Shown: in pieces, positions 12,111-24,716 of the stretch
Position numbering within the stretch: position 1 is the first letter of the stretch
Layout: each line of letters opens with the position of its first letter
The notes under the pieces: model-generated
The model's input: the letters and a program-made list of their open reading frames with translations, nothing else
Told to the model about the DNA's origin: nothing
Database searches by the model: none
Made by a program: the position numbers and the translations under genes
Assembly: GCA_030390025.1 (NCBI GenBank)
Contig: CM059428.1
Coordinates: 146,258,001 to 146,322,000 of the forward strand
Direction of reading: 5' to 3'
Length of the DNA: 64,000 nt
Origin: Squalus acanthias
Taxonomy: Eukaryota

Positions 12111-13584
12111 CGTCTTTAGGAATAATGTACTAGGCTAACAAAAAACACTTCAGTGATTGGGAAGGGGAGACGGAGGTTAGAGCTTTTTTAATTGCCTGTT
12201 TCATGTTTGCCATCAAGCACATTTCTCCTCCCATATCCTAGCTCCATTTCTATTTTAAAACTCAGATGAATTTTTGGAAGCTATATTCAAGGTCCCCTGT
12301 GAGAATGTTGCTGGTTTCATTGGGCATGAATTTATTACAGCGCTTTGAAAAGTCCACAGGTAGAATAAATGCTTGCCAATGGGCTCAGTGCATCTAAGCA
12401 AGCTTTAAAAAAACTATCTTGTTTTTTTTTAAAGTTACAGTAAATTTCTGGAATGTTTTTCATTTTTTCTCCAGTGGAATAATGAAACTATTCTGGATTT
12501 TGGAAACAAGTAGTTTATTACAGCTTGAAATATGAGATAATTCACTACATAATGCCATTGAGTGACCAGGAACTGCAGTGGAGATGATGCCAAATGACGT
12601 CTACAGTTAAAGCAGCATTTCTTGGGAAAACTGGGTTAACACTCTGGAGTACTGGATTTCCCTGGCAACTTTCAAAATGCTTGTTTTAAGTATGAAACTG
12701 GTATTGAATTTCAATTCTGAATACCCTAAACATAAGAAATCTGATTTTTTTAAATTCTATACTCACAGTAAACTAGTTTAAATACTTTTAAATTTTTTGA
12801 CTTGTGCAAACAAGAAGTTGAACATTGTGATAAAATGATTGCAAATGGAGCTGCCTCTCTGAATTGGTCCCATGCAATAAGAAACCGTAGGAATTACATT
12901 AACACGGTGCACTCCTATATGTACCAACTCTACAATATTTGAAATTTTAGAAAACATTATGCAGGATGACTATCATTTTGCATTTACAGTACAAAATTGG
13001 CCAAGAATAGCATTTGCAGCATTCTATTACCATTAGTACAAGCAGGTAATACTAATCAACATGCAGTTTGAAGAATGGAGGTATCAACTACAAAGTCTGG
13101 CAGAAAATCATTTATACTCCTGTGCCGTAAGAGAAGAGAAAAGGAGAGAAAGTAAGATCATAAATCTTTTTTTTTCCTCCCAGGCTGTTGAGTAGCATTT
13201 TCCATTAACAAGATCCATTTTTCAGAAATATTACTCATCATGTGCTTTAAAAAATTTTTTCCTGTAGTACTGTACTTAATGCATGATGAAAAAAGCTAAC
13301 TGCTTGGAGTCGAGCATTTTTTTTTCTAAACTTGGATTGCATAACTGCAGCATGAGATGCTGCGACAAGGACAGATTTCTCTCTGAATTGCCCTTGGTGA
13401 TTGGGAGCACAAAGGTTTGGAAAAATAGTATGGGATTATGACCAAAAGACTACTAATTTACCTACACCCTAATGCATGCTGCAGCAAGATTTGGTTAATT
13501 CTGTTTTTTAAAAAAAACTCTCTGTACACTAGACCGAGTTCTGGGTGGAGGCACTATCTGGGAGCAGTTTCCATGATTGGGACA

Positions 13585-14070
13585 ACAACAATAACTTGCA
13601 ATTATATAATGTTCCTTATGTAGGAAAGACATCTCATAGAGCTTTACAGATTAGCAAGTGATAAGGATTCTGAGTGGGAGGGCAAAGAATAGATTTAAAT
13701 GGAGTTGAGGGGTAGGGCTGAGAGAGAAATCTCTAGTAGACTTTGGAAAACAGGGATGAGAAAGGAATTCCAGAGGGTATGGGGATGGTGACTGAAAGAC
13801 TGGCCAGCATCAGTGTATCAAAGAAGACTTGGAGCAAGGAGTGCACTGGTGTCAGAGGAGTGAAGATCATTTGCAGGGGAAGATAATCTTGAAATTGTCT
13901 CATAAGGGCACAAGGAGCTTAGCGAGGGCCGCGGTAATGGAAGTGCAGGTCCTCAAGTAGGTAAGGGCACTGCAGTATTCTGGATGAATTGCAGTTTTTA
14001 GAGGCTGGAGGTGAGGAGGCCAGCTAGGAGACCTTTGAAGAAGTTTAGCCTTGAGATGAGCACCACATAA
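13585..14070 (-). mobile_element. old L2-like fragment
   Basis: Tail acaacaataacttgcaattatata followed by purine-rich sequence (gaattccagag, ttctggatgaattgcagttt) similar to the L2 at 11142-11890. Confidence 0.45.
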
Positions 14071-14649
14071 AACTTTTAGACAGATACAAAATGTTGAGAT
14101 GCAGTTGTAGCAACTCAGGGATTCTTAAATCAAGCTTCCATGTTTATTCTAGGTGTCAGCATCCCTTATGGTGCTTCCAACTCAAACCAACAACGTTTCT
14201 TTGATGTTGAAGGAGGAGGGATCTGTTTAAAAAAAAAAAAAGGCCATGCTCAAGTCCGGTGGCTTGATTGGCTTTGGACAGTACTGGTTCCAAGCACAAA
14301 TATTCATTTTTTACTGTAGCCTGCCATGCAGGGTCCATAATATTCTGTCAATGGAAGGTATAGACTGCAGACCACTAAAGTTGTCAATAGTGATCAGTAG
14401 GACTCAGCTTTGCAAAGCCAAGAACCCAAGAGTTAGCAATCCTTATTTGGAGGTGGATAGGTAACATCAGCCATTCTTCTGTATAGAGTTATTGACTTGG
14501 TCTTTTGAAGTAATGTCCATTCTGTCTGGGGACTTAATGCCACCCTCCATGGAGAGGGAATGACAGCCTTCGGGACATTTAAAACGAGGAGGGCCAAGTG
14601 CAATTTCCTGAGGCACCCTAGTGAAGATATTGCAGTGAGACTGGCAGTC

Positions 14650-15078
14650 ACTTTAAGTCAGAAGGTCGTGAGTTCAAGCTCCACTCTAGAGACTTGAGCA
14701 CATAATCTAGGTTGGCACTTCAGTGCTGTAATGAGGGAGTGCTGCATTGTCAGATGCCATCTTTCATGCGTGATAAACTGAGACGCTGTCTGCCCTCTGA
14801 GGAGAACGTATAAGATCCCACGGCAGTATTCAAAGAGGATTAGGGGAGTTCTCCCAGTGTCCTAGCCAACATTTATCTCTCAATGTACACCTAAAAAAAC
14901 AGACGATCTAATCATTTAATTTATTGTTGTTTGTGGGACCTTGCTGTGTGTAAATTGCCTGCCGTGTTTCCTAGATCACAACAATGACTATACTTCAAAA
15001 ATATTTCATTGGCTGTAAAGCGTGATGGGGCATTCTAAGATTGTTAAAGGCACAATATAAATGCAAGTTCTTTCTTTC
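14650..15078 (+). mobile_element. DeuSINE (SacSINE1-like)
   Basis: B-box-like gagttcaagct, Deu-domain-like aagatcccacggcagtattcaaagagg...gtgtcctagccaacattta, and tail tataaatgcaagttctttctttc; near-matching copy at 59190-59632. Confidence 0.75.
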
Positions 15079-16828
15079 TATCTACACGTTTTCATCCTTT
15101 CAAGAACATTTAACCTGTTCAGCAGCTCACAAGAGGGCCAATTTATCAGAGGTACTCTACTGCATAAACATTTGGGACTACTGCTGTAACTTTGTTGAGC
15201 ATTGAGAGAATTGTTCCATTGTGGAGGACATGAAATTTAGAATATTACAAGTTAATTGATTTAGCTCTGATTGCTCACCAGATAGGTGGTATTAAGTTGC
15301 CATGGCTTCCTAATCACTAAAGCTTTCATGAACATTCCTACCATTAGCTTCAGCAATACTGCTCTGCATCCTTTTGGGTAGACAACAATTTTGCTGTTTT
15401 TTTTACTCAACTGAAATAAGCCAGTTGATTAGGATATTAAAGTAGAGCAGCCAGGGTAATAGTTATTTCCTCCGACAGCACTTGGAAGAGCAGATCATGT
15501 GCACAGTTGAAGCTTGTAGTGATTTCATGATCAGCCATTTGCTGGAAACGTTTAACTTTCCTATGCCGAAACTTGGTGCAACTGACCCGGTTTCTATAAA
15601 TTGAACTTTCGGTATTTGACCCAATTTATTCAGCAAAGTGAGACTCAACTACTTAATTCACAGAGGTGTGACACCTGATTGTCCTTGAGAGCAGAAATGG
15701 ACTTGATACTGGAAACCTTTCTGGAACTTGTTTGAGAATTATTCAGTTCGGAAGTGATCTCAAGCATGAATCTCTGAAGAGCTGACTTGAAGAGACATTC
15801 CTGGCAACAGTATAGGTTAATTTTCTTTTAAAGGTCCTCCTGGATCTCCTTTGGTGTTGATCACAATAAACACAAGGTAGGGTGCGGATGAAGTGGAGAT
15901 ATAGGTTGAGTTGGTAAGAGGAAATATTTGGGATTTTGTCAGTGAAGGAAAGGATTTGAGCTGCAATAAGGTCTGTTTTGAGAATACTAATAGAGAGGTT
16001 TTAAATATGTGGATCTGCTTTCATATTGCTCACAGAAAGATGAAGCAGACATAGTCTGTCTGAGGTACTTGTTTTATAGAATCTTATCTCACTTTCTTAT
16101 TCTGGTTATCGCTGTTGTTTACTCCAAGTGCTTGGTGTTACCTTTTTATCCATTTCTCCCAAGCTGTTTTTTCTGCTTAACCATATTGCTCTGGGGAAGT
16201 GCCAGAGGACTCATCACGGAGCTGTTTGAGTGTCTCCAGCTGGCTGGTTGAGTGATGTTGGCAGGGGTCCAGGATCAGGACAGCAGATGGTGTTCGGGAT
16301 GAGGAAACCAAAGCGGGTTCATTTGGGGCCTGGGTATTAAATCCTGTTTTTGTTTTTAATTGCTAGAGCTCCCTTTTAAATGAACTAAGTGTAGACGCCA
16401 GTACTCATCTGTACCTCACTCCATGTGTTCAATCATTTTTTTGCAAGCTTCTCCAGAGTCCAATGTTCATTTATTCCAGAGTGGATAGGCTGAGGTGATG
16501 GAAGTCAGGGGATCCATTTACAGTCTTCCTGCTCCTTCTTGCCAGTGGATTTCTGTTTAGAATTGTGCCAGTTTTGCAGAGCATATGAAAACATACATTC
16601 AGGGCTTCGCAGGAATAGCCCAATAAGTAAATACAAATAACAGGATCAAGATGAATCTGAAATATCTACTTTCTGTTTAATGAATAGTACCACTTGCCTG
16701 AAATCTTGCCTACTGTACAGTTGTGATTACTTAATGGCATTACGTATACTAACCAAAATGCTCATGAAGGTCTCTTGTGGGGAGGGTCTTGCATTCTGAC
16801 ATGCTTTTACGTATTTACTATTTCTTAG

Positions 16829-16886
16829 TTTCAGAACTTCGAAAACTTTTTGAAGCTGGCCAAAAATCCACTGTGGAAATGAACAG
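16829..16886 (+). CDS. SVIL: SVIL exon with canonical start ATG at 16879 (ATG AAC AG|gt)
   Basis: Acceptor tttcttAG and donor AG|GTATTG; encodes M-N-R(split), which joins the next exon to give [10 protein letters not shown]. The upstream 50 nt are open in frame (VSELRKLFEAGQKSTVE). Confidence 0.9.
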
Positions 16887-17106
16887 GTATTGAGGGAATT
16901 TTCATAATGTTTAAGTTTGGATGGAATAACTAAATGCCAATAAATGGGTTACACTTTAACTTGTAAGTAAATGCACTGTTGGCATCATTGAGCAGTTCTG
17001 AGTGTTTCTGCACTCAGCGCATTTTCTTTGTGGATTTATTTTCTAAAATTGTTTTGATAGGCTACGACTTTTTCAGTGTTTTCATCTCTCAAACTATTCT
17101 GTGCAG

Positions 17107-17258
17107 GAAAGAAAGAATTGCTAGACGTTTGGAAGGAATTGGAAGTGATACACAGCCAGTGCTGTTGCAGAATTGTCCTGGGTTAGTTACTCATCGCCTG
17201 TTAGAGGAAGATACTCCTAGATACACACGAGCTTCTGATGCTTGCAGTCCACCTCTAG
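17107..17258 (+). CDS. SVIL: SVIL coding exon (152 nt)
   Basis: tgtgcAG|G...CTAG|GTGAGA; [50 protein letters not shown]. Confidence 0.97.
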
Positions 17259-17999
17259 GTGAGAGGCATTTTAGAATTGAGTCCAATGGGATCATTCTTT
17301 TGTCAAAATATATATTTGAGTAACGCTCATTGCATAGATGATGTATGCTGAACCTTTTTACCACAAAGGTACTCAAAACGCTTTTCCCCCTTGTGTAAAA
17401 GCTCTAGAGTTTCCCAATGAAGGGAATAAAGAGTAATTTTAGTTATTTGTGTTTTGCAGTTCTCAAATTCTCAATTTTTTCAATATTATATCACAAACGG
17501 CTCCTTCCAACAATGTTGTACGATAAATGGCGAAAGTAGTCTTTCTTAAAAGTTTACATAGAGATTAACTCCCCTTCTCTCCTCCGAGAACTTTGTACTT
17601 TTCTGAAGTTATGAATGACCCTTAATTGATGTCAAAACTGGTATATGGATAAAGTGCTTGTGTAAAAGTATCAGCAACTTTACAAACAAATTAATGTTGA
17701 TTGATTAGCTGTGCTAACTGAAGTAAAGTGATAAATCATCTTCGGCTCTGTTTTTAAGATAATCTGTCAAAATATGCTCAGGATGTTATTGGTCCATTTA
17801 ATAAGACTGAAATGGTAATTTATAAGCAGACACTAGAATAGAAACGGAGCACCTTTTTGTGCTTTTAATAAACTTGAGATTCTTTTGCGCCAGTAAGACC
17901 AAACTTAGACTAAACTTGCTCATAAATCCAGTTATAACTGGAGTAGCTTAAGGAGGAGTTAAGAATAAGTATAACAAAGGGAAAAAGTATTCTGAAATA

Positions 18000-19450
18000 G
18001 TAAGCTCGAGAGGCTATGAGAGTTAAGGAGAAGGCTACAGAAGAAAAGAATAAGAATAAATACAATGGAAAAATGTACTGATCAGCATGTAGCTTACCGT
18101 TTTTACATACCAATGTGCGAGGCATTAGGAATTTAATCAGGGGATCTAAAGGCATTACACTAATTAGAATAGAGGTACATGATATTGTCGTGTTGATGGA
18201 AACTTCAGATGTAACGTTTACAGGGATTAAAGGGAGTTGGGTGGCCTTATTAATTAAGGACACCATCATAGCCGTAGAAAGGAAAGTTTTTATTCACGGT
18301 AGTACCCAGATTTAAGCCCCAATTTTAACCTAACCCACCCGGCAGGAACAGGGCGGATCCAGGTCGGATGTCCCTCTTGCTACTCGCCAGATTTTACTCT
18401 CTATTGAAGTAAATGCAGCGTAAAATCAGACAGGCTGTAAATCGGGCATCCAACCCATTGGGCGAGTTAGGATAAAATGGGGACTGTCTTGGCTGAAGGC
18501 ATCTGTTACCATATTGGGAGTACATTATAGATCACTGAATAGCAAGAAAGATCTCCAGAATTAGATTTATAGGCAATTTAGAGAGGTTTGCAGTAGTAAC
18601 AGTCATTTTAAGGGCCTTAAACTACCCTAAAGTAGTCTGGGATAAGATAGAGGTTTGTGGTCAAAATAGGGAGGGCTTCTTGGAATACAACAGTATTGAC
18701 CGAGGTAGGTGAAAGTGGAGCTGTAGGAGAACCCACTGCGGATATGCAAGAGCTACTACTGGAGATAAACATTCAAAAGGATACATTATTAAAGTTGATG
18801 GGTCCAAAAGTTTTTTAAAAAGCTCACCAGGCCCAGATGGAATGCACCCTAGAATTCGGAAAGAGGTTGGGAAGAAGTCAGTCGAGCCACTAACCATAAT
18901 TTTTCAAAAATCTTTGGAAACATAAACAGAGCCCTAGGACTGCAGGGTGCTACATATTACATCCTTGCTCAGAAAAGGGGCAAAGGACAAAATAAGACAT
19001 TAGTGGATCCATGGAAAGAGTACAATGAACATTCCCTGGTTTGAGTGGTTGTAGTTATGAAGAAGGGCTCAAAAAATTGAAGGATTGAGGGATTGAATAA
19101 ATGTTTTCAAAATTATGAAAAGCTTTGAGAGGGCAAGAGTGAAATATTTCCACTCATTAGTGAAATGAAAACAAAGGGATATAGATTAAGGATTGTCACT
19201 AGAAGGGGGAAGTTAGAACTCTTTTTTCACAGACATGATCATTAGAATGTGGAATGTTTTACCACAAGGAGCTATTGAGGCAGAGGCTGTAACATCACTT
19301 ACAATGGAATTTGGTAAGTAATTTGAAAAGAAAGAACATAAAAGAATACAGGGAAATGTTTCAGAGTAGATAGCCCCAGATGAAGAGTTTGCACTGCCAT
19401 AGATTCAATGGAACAAATGGCTGCTTTCTGTGCTGTAATTTCTCTAATTC
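18000..19450 (+). mobile_element. highly degraded CR1 LINE
   Basis: Endonuclease-like start (YTNVRGIRN), SPGPDGMHPRI at about 18820, and a CR1-like 3' end near 19250-19450. Confidence 0.65.
18316..18484. mobile_element. small MITE-like insert with ~25-bp imperfect terminal inverted repeats
   Basis: gccccaattttaacctaacccaccc ... gggcgagttaggataaaatgggg, lying inside the old CR1. Confidence 0.6.
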
Positions 19451-19843
19451 TATTTTGAGTACTTGACTAAAGAGATTAGACATGACATACTATGGATCTG
19501 TAACAGTGTTTTCTTTGTTTCACCCTGCTACTCTTTTTTAAAGTGTTGAAATTCCAGCAAATTGTTGCAGGGAGTTTTGTAGTATGTTGGTATGCATCCA
19601 CGGTTCTGTGTAAAGTGAATTTCTGATTAGTTACGGGGAAGTGTAGTGTAGTGGTCAGATACCTCTCCACAAAGGAAAAATTGGAGGGAGAATTGCCCTG
19701 AAACACAGTAGTGACCATTTATAGAGCAGTGTTGGTAGAAGCCTGCAGCCAGGTTGACTTTTACTGTCAGAGATGGTATGTGGCATTTGGAGGACACAGA
19801 AGGAAAGAAAAGGCAAATCTTAACAAATAAATGTTTTTTCCAG

Positions 19844-20522
19844 TTAGAAGATCAGATAAGGAGGGCTTGGAGCATCATCTGACTGAAGATCCTCCTTCAG
19901 AAAGGAAATCAAGACCTAGATGCCGAGGACAGGCTGAACACATGGATGCTGAGTCTCCTTATGTTGTTGGCATGGATACTGAAGCATTAGATGCAAAAGC
20001 AGAGAGAATAGCTAAATACAAGGCTGAGAGAAGGCGACAGCTGGCTGAGAAATATGGAATTGCCCTGGACTCTGAACCTGATGGGAGTATTGCATCCAAA
20101 TACTCAAGAGCACGAAAGGAGATTGATCTAACTGAAAAAGTGCCATCACAATCAGAAAAAGATTATAGCAGTGACTTGATTAAGTTGAACAGTTCCAGGG
20201 ATGCAATGGTTAGCGAACCACAGACCCTGTCACCTGGTGAACCTAAAGAAAGTTTCTCCCTGGATGGAAATGATTTCGCAGAGAGAGAAACTTTATTGAA
20301 CAAAGAAAATCAGAAAAAAGCACTTGAAACAAGTGCCAAAGGAAGAATTTTGGATCAGGCACATGTTCATGAAACTCCTGCAAACTTCAGGGATTCTACT
20401 ATGACTGATGTGCCAGGCTCCCCACCATCTTCTCGGAGGGTTTCACTTACATCACCAAAGCAGTTCTCAGAATCGTTTAATTCAGTTAGTGACCAATCCC
20501 AAAATTTGCAGAATAACCAAGG
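19844..20522 (+). CDS. SVIL: SVIL coding exon (679 nt)
   Basis: ttttttccAG|TT...CAAGG|GTAAGA; contains LDAKAERIAKYKAERRRQLAEKYGIALD; phase 1 to phase 2. Confidence 0.96.
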
Positions 20523-22944
20523 GTAAGAATACATTTATGGAATTTATTTATCTGAGTTTCTTGTTTTAGTCAGACTGGAGATAATTTTTGAATTTGGTTG
20601 ACTACAACCGCACAAAATTTATGTAACCATTGGTGTGTGCACATTCCTATGCTCCGATTATGGAGCTTGGATATTTTACTGACTCCCTGACATGGATGTG
20701 GAATTAGTTGGATCAGTTAATTACTAATCATCAGATTTTAAAGTAAACTTCTGGTAATATACTTCCAGTCCTCTCAAATATTTCTATAGCATTTAAAAGG
20801 GTTGTATAATTTTCCTAACCATAGCAGTGTCACTAATATGGCAATGTCCACATTTTAGGTAATCTTTAATGTAAGGTTGCATTCCACTGGTTTCCAAATT
20901 ATGTTGTTTTTTGCTAGATGCAAAATTGTTCTAATTTGTTCTTGATCACTTAAATCATCCATTTTAAACTAAGAGTACTTGTGTGTTGTATGTTTGCTGA
21001 ATTATTTCAGTTCTGTTTGAGAGCACATGTTCAAATTTTGTTTAGGGTCACTGGCAAAACTATACATTTGCTGCAATTGGTTGTCTTTTTGGTAAAACCC
21101 CAGGGTCATACATTTCAAATTTAATAATCCCTGAGTGTTACTTGTTCCTGCTGCCGGTGCAGTGCCATTTAGATTCAGGTCAGTCTATTATTAATAGAAT
21201 TTGAGGAAGGCTACTCATCTGATGGCAGTTGTCCATGGTGGGGGTTTAACCATGCCAGCAATTCATTTGGCACTTTTCTGCATTGCAACAGAACCACTGG
21301 CATAGTAAAACTGCCATATAAGTATTCACTATCTAATTTACTCACTTAATTGTCATCTTCCTCAATTAAATTGTAAGCAAAGTTTTAAGGTTAAAAGTCA
21401 ACTGTATAAATTGCCCACTATCCCCATGCATCTTCAAAGTTCCAAGTCTTCTAATGTTGTTTATTTTCTTTAAATATGTAATGTAGGGTAAGTATTTCAT
21501 GTTAATGAAATTTTTATATACTGTAATAAGGACAATATTTATGTTAACTCTTGTACTCTAGATGATGCATGATAGTTTAACATTGATGTTAGCGTGTAAC
21601 TTTGATCCAGGCCTTTTCTTTGTTTTTCTCTCTTGTTCGTTCTCTCTTTCTTTCTCGCTCTTTTTTTTGTCTCCCTCCCCCATCATCTTTATTATCACCA
21701 AGTCCAAACCCTATATGGTTTGCCCTATCTTATCTCTAATGTTTTACAGGCTTAGTTCCTTACTTCTCTTTCCACTCCTTTGACTTCCACTTCCAACTCG
21801 TCCCCCGGTCTTTCACCGGAGACCAAGCTTACAATCATTATGCCCCTATTTTTTTGGAACGATCTCCTAAACATCTTGAGCTTGCTACCCCTTCTCCCTT
21901 GCTTCAAAAGTCTCATAAGATCCTAAATCTTTGAATTATATTTTAGGTTACTACCTGCCCCCGGCATAATCCTCACAAGTTGCACAGCGTGTAAATTCCA
22001 TTTGCTAAAAAGAATTAGAAAGAAAGAATTTACATTTATATAACACCTGTCTCAAACATCCCAAAACACTTCACATACAATAAATTGCTTTGAAATGTAG
22101 ATGAACTTGGCAGTCATGCATGTCAAGTTTTCACAGATGCTTTATTTCCAAGAACAGATTAAAGCTGTTGCGGTGATTACTGGTGGCCGTGAATGACAGG
22201 AGCCATTAAAGACCCAAAACCACAGTGGAGAAAGCTGCATTGCACATCCCTTGTTTAATGTGCATTCCAGCCACATTAATGGATTTATAAATAGTTTCTT
22301 TCAATTCAAAATTATACTTTTTTTGGTCATCCCATTTTAGGTTTACTGTAGTATACAGCTGTTGGCAATGCTTTTACTTAGTTGCTTGAGAACAAAGACA
22401 TTGAAAGTAGAACAATTACATTTCCTGATCCATAAGATCCAAATCATGGAAGGGTATTTTTGTTGAAACTTGGATTGTTGTGGCCCACAAACCTCTTGTG
22501 AGCATTTGAGTACAGGATGTCTTTGCCAACTTTAATTTCAAAAAACCTACAATAATGGTTTCTTTGAATATTTTTTTGGGGGGGAGTGGACACGGCAGTA
22601 GTGTAGTTTGCATGGTAGAGCACAGAGCAGAAACTTGGATTTGACTTGCACTAACCAAGCAATATCTACTTCTTGTATAGAAAAGAAATGTCTTATGTTA
22701 TTTACAGCAGTTTTGAAGAAGTCAGCACACATCTCACCCTCCTGGCTTTTTTTCAGGGGGAGAGAGGAAGGGAAGTTATTGCTGAAAGTGTTAGTTCAAG
22801 AGAGTTTGTTGCTGAGCATCAAGCATTTGAAGGCTGATCACTAGTAAAAGTTAACGCAAGTAGTCCTTTTATTCTGTGGTACTCTACTCTGATATCTTGG
22901 AAACTGAATCTAGTGTACTTTCTGTGCCTAAACAGGTATGAGCC

Positions 22945-23285
22945 ATAGAAATTAACAGCATAGAATGAGGCCATGTGGTCCATTGTGTCTGTGCTAGCAC
23001 AAGCAAAAAGTAATCAAACTACTGTGCTGTCTCCCCATAGCCCTATATCTTTCTCTGTTTTAAATATTTATCCAGTTTTCCTTTAAAAGATGCAACGGTC
23101 TCTGCCTAAACTACTCCCTATGGCAAAGCATTCCATGCTCCAACACCTGCTGTGTAAAGAAGTTATTCCTAGTCCTTTCCTCACTCTTTTAGTGACCGTT
23201 TTAAATTGATGATCCCCCTCGTCACAGACTCCCCAACCAGAGGAAAGTCTTTCCCTATGCGAATTGAAATCCTGTAATATCTTCA
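22945..23285 (-). mobile_element. CR1 3' fragment
   Basis: catagaa tail, ggccatgtggtcccat, and gcattccatgctccaacacc, typical of CR1 3' ends in reverse. Confidence 0.65.
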
Positions 23286-24542
23286 ATTATATTTGTTCAT
23301 AAACATTAACATATTGGCTTTGTATCCTCAGACCTAGTTAGATTTGGAATCTGGTCATTCTTTCAAGCTTCCTAAAGGTATTCACACCAATCCTTAGTTG
23401 GCTTTCCTCCGCAATGCCTCAAATATACCAGAGCAAACTACTCCCAGGGTTTTGCTATTACTGCTTTGAAGCCACCAACTAGAAGGGAGCACAAGAATGG
23501 TCTGGGATAAAGTCAGAACGCTGTGTGAAACTGCCATTTGACGCAGTATCTGTGTATTTAATAAGTATTACCGTGACCCCCCCTCCCAGGAGTTTCAGCC
23601 TGAGGGAGCAGTTCTTAACCTGGCCTAGTCAAATGAATTTCTCTTGCCTCCTGTGGAAGCTCTGTTGTATCATTGCTTACCCTGGTATATGTTTGAGGCC
23701 TGAAAACAGGATAACTTGCTGAGATGTAGTTATCCTCTTCCCCCTCTCTCCTTTCTGAACTCCTGCCACAGAAAGTGTGTATATGTGCTTGCTTGGTAAG
23801 CACACTGAAATGTGACTGACAGCAGTTCCTGAGGAAAATAGGTTGTTAAAGCTATTGCACTAGTACAGATTTCCAGAGGAGCTGCAAACTGGCAAGTGCT
23901 ACTTTAAAGGAATTTAATGGGAACATAATCAAAGCAGAGCATTGCGTTCTGCCATTGTTGATGAGTAATTTCTGGTTTTTTTATTATGATTATTACTGGG
24001 TACTGTTTTTATAGAAATGCACCATATTATTTAAATGTCCTGCTTCACCCCTTCCCATGTATATATGCACATTCTTCACATTGGAGATGGTTTGTAAAGT
24101 CTAAATTTTGCCGAACACATCTTTAGCTAAAAGTATGTGGAATTGTCAGTGTACTTTCTAATTGGAAATAAGAGGGAATGTGATTTTTTTGGTGTCCCTC
24201 ATTCCCCGACCGTTCCAAAATACTCTAATGACACCTGGCAGGAATTGTGCTCATGATCTTGGTGTAGCGAATCACGTAATCCTTTGTTCTACCACATTTT
24301 TCACTGCTGTCCCCTTTTGGGTGCTGCCATCCACAGTGGTGCTTAATGCTTTCACAGGTGCAGAATATATTTAGATTTTGTTTAGACATTCCACCTCACG
24401 TAGGTTTATTTCAACATTTATTTTCTTCTTGTTTTGTTTATATCACTTGTTGTTACAGCATTAGAACCCATTACAGGGCCTTCTAAAGGTATAACTGCCA
24501 GCTCAGATGGTAGTTGCTGATCAATAATGTATTTAAAATAAT

Positions 24543-24716
24543 AACAGAAAATGCTGGAAACACTCAGCAGGTCAGGCAGCATCTGTGGAAAGAAGAATGT
24601 TAATGTTTTAGGTCTTGACCCTTGGTCAGGATCCTACCTTCCACAGATGCTGCCTGACCTGCTGAGTGTTTCCAGCATTTTCTGTTTATATTTAAGTTTT
24701 CCAGCATCTGCAGTAT
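24543..24716. mobile_element. Penelope-derived palindrome (second family), 48-bp perfect arms 24543-24590 / 24639-24686
   Basis: acagaaaatgctggaaacactcagcaggtcaggcagcatctgtggaa and its reverse complement; the same arm sequence occurs at 46722-46765. Confidence 0.8.
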
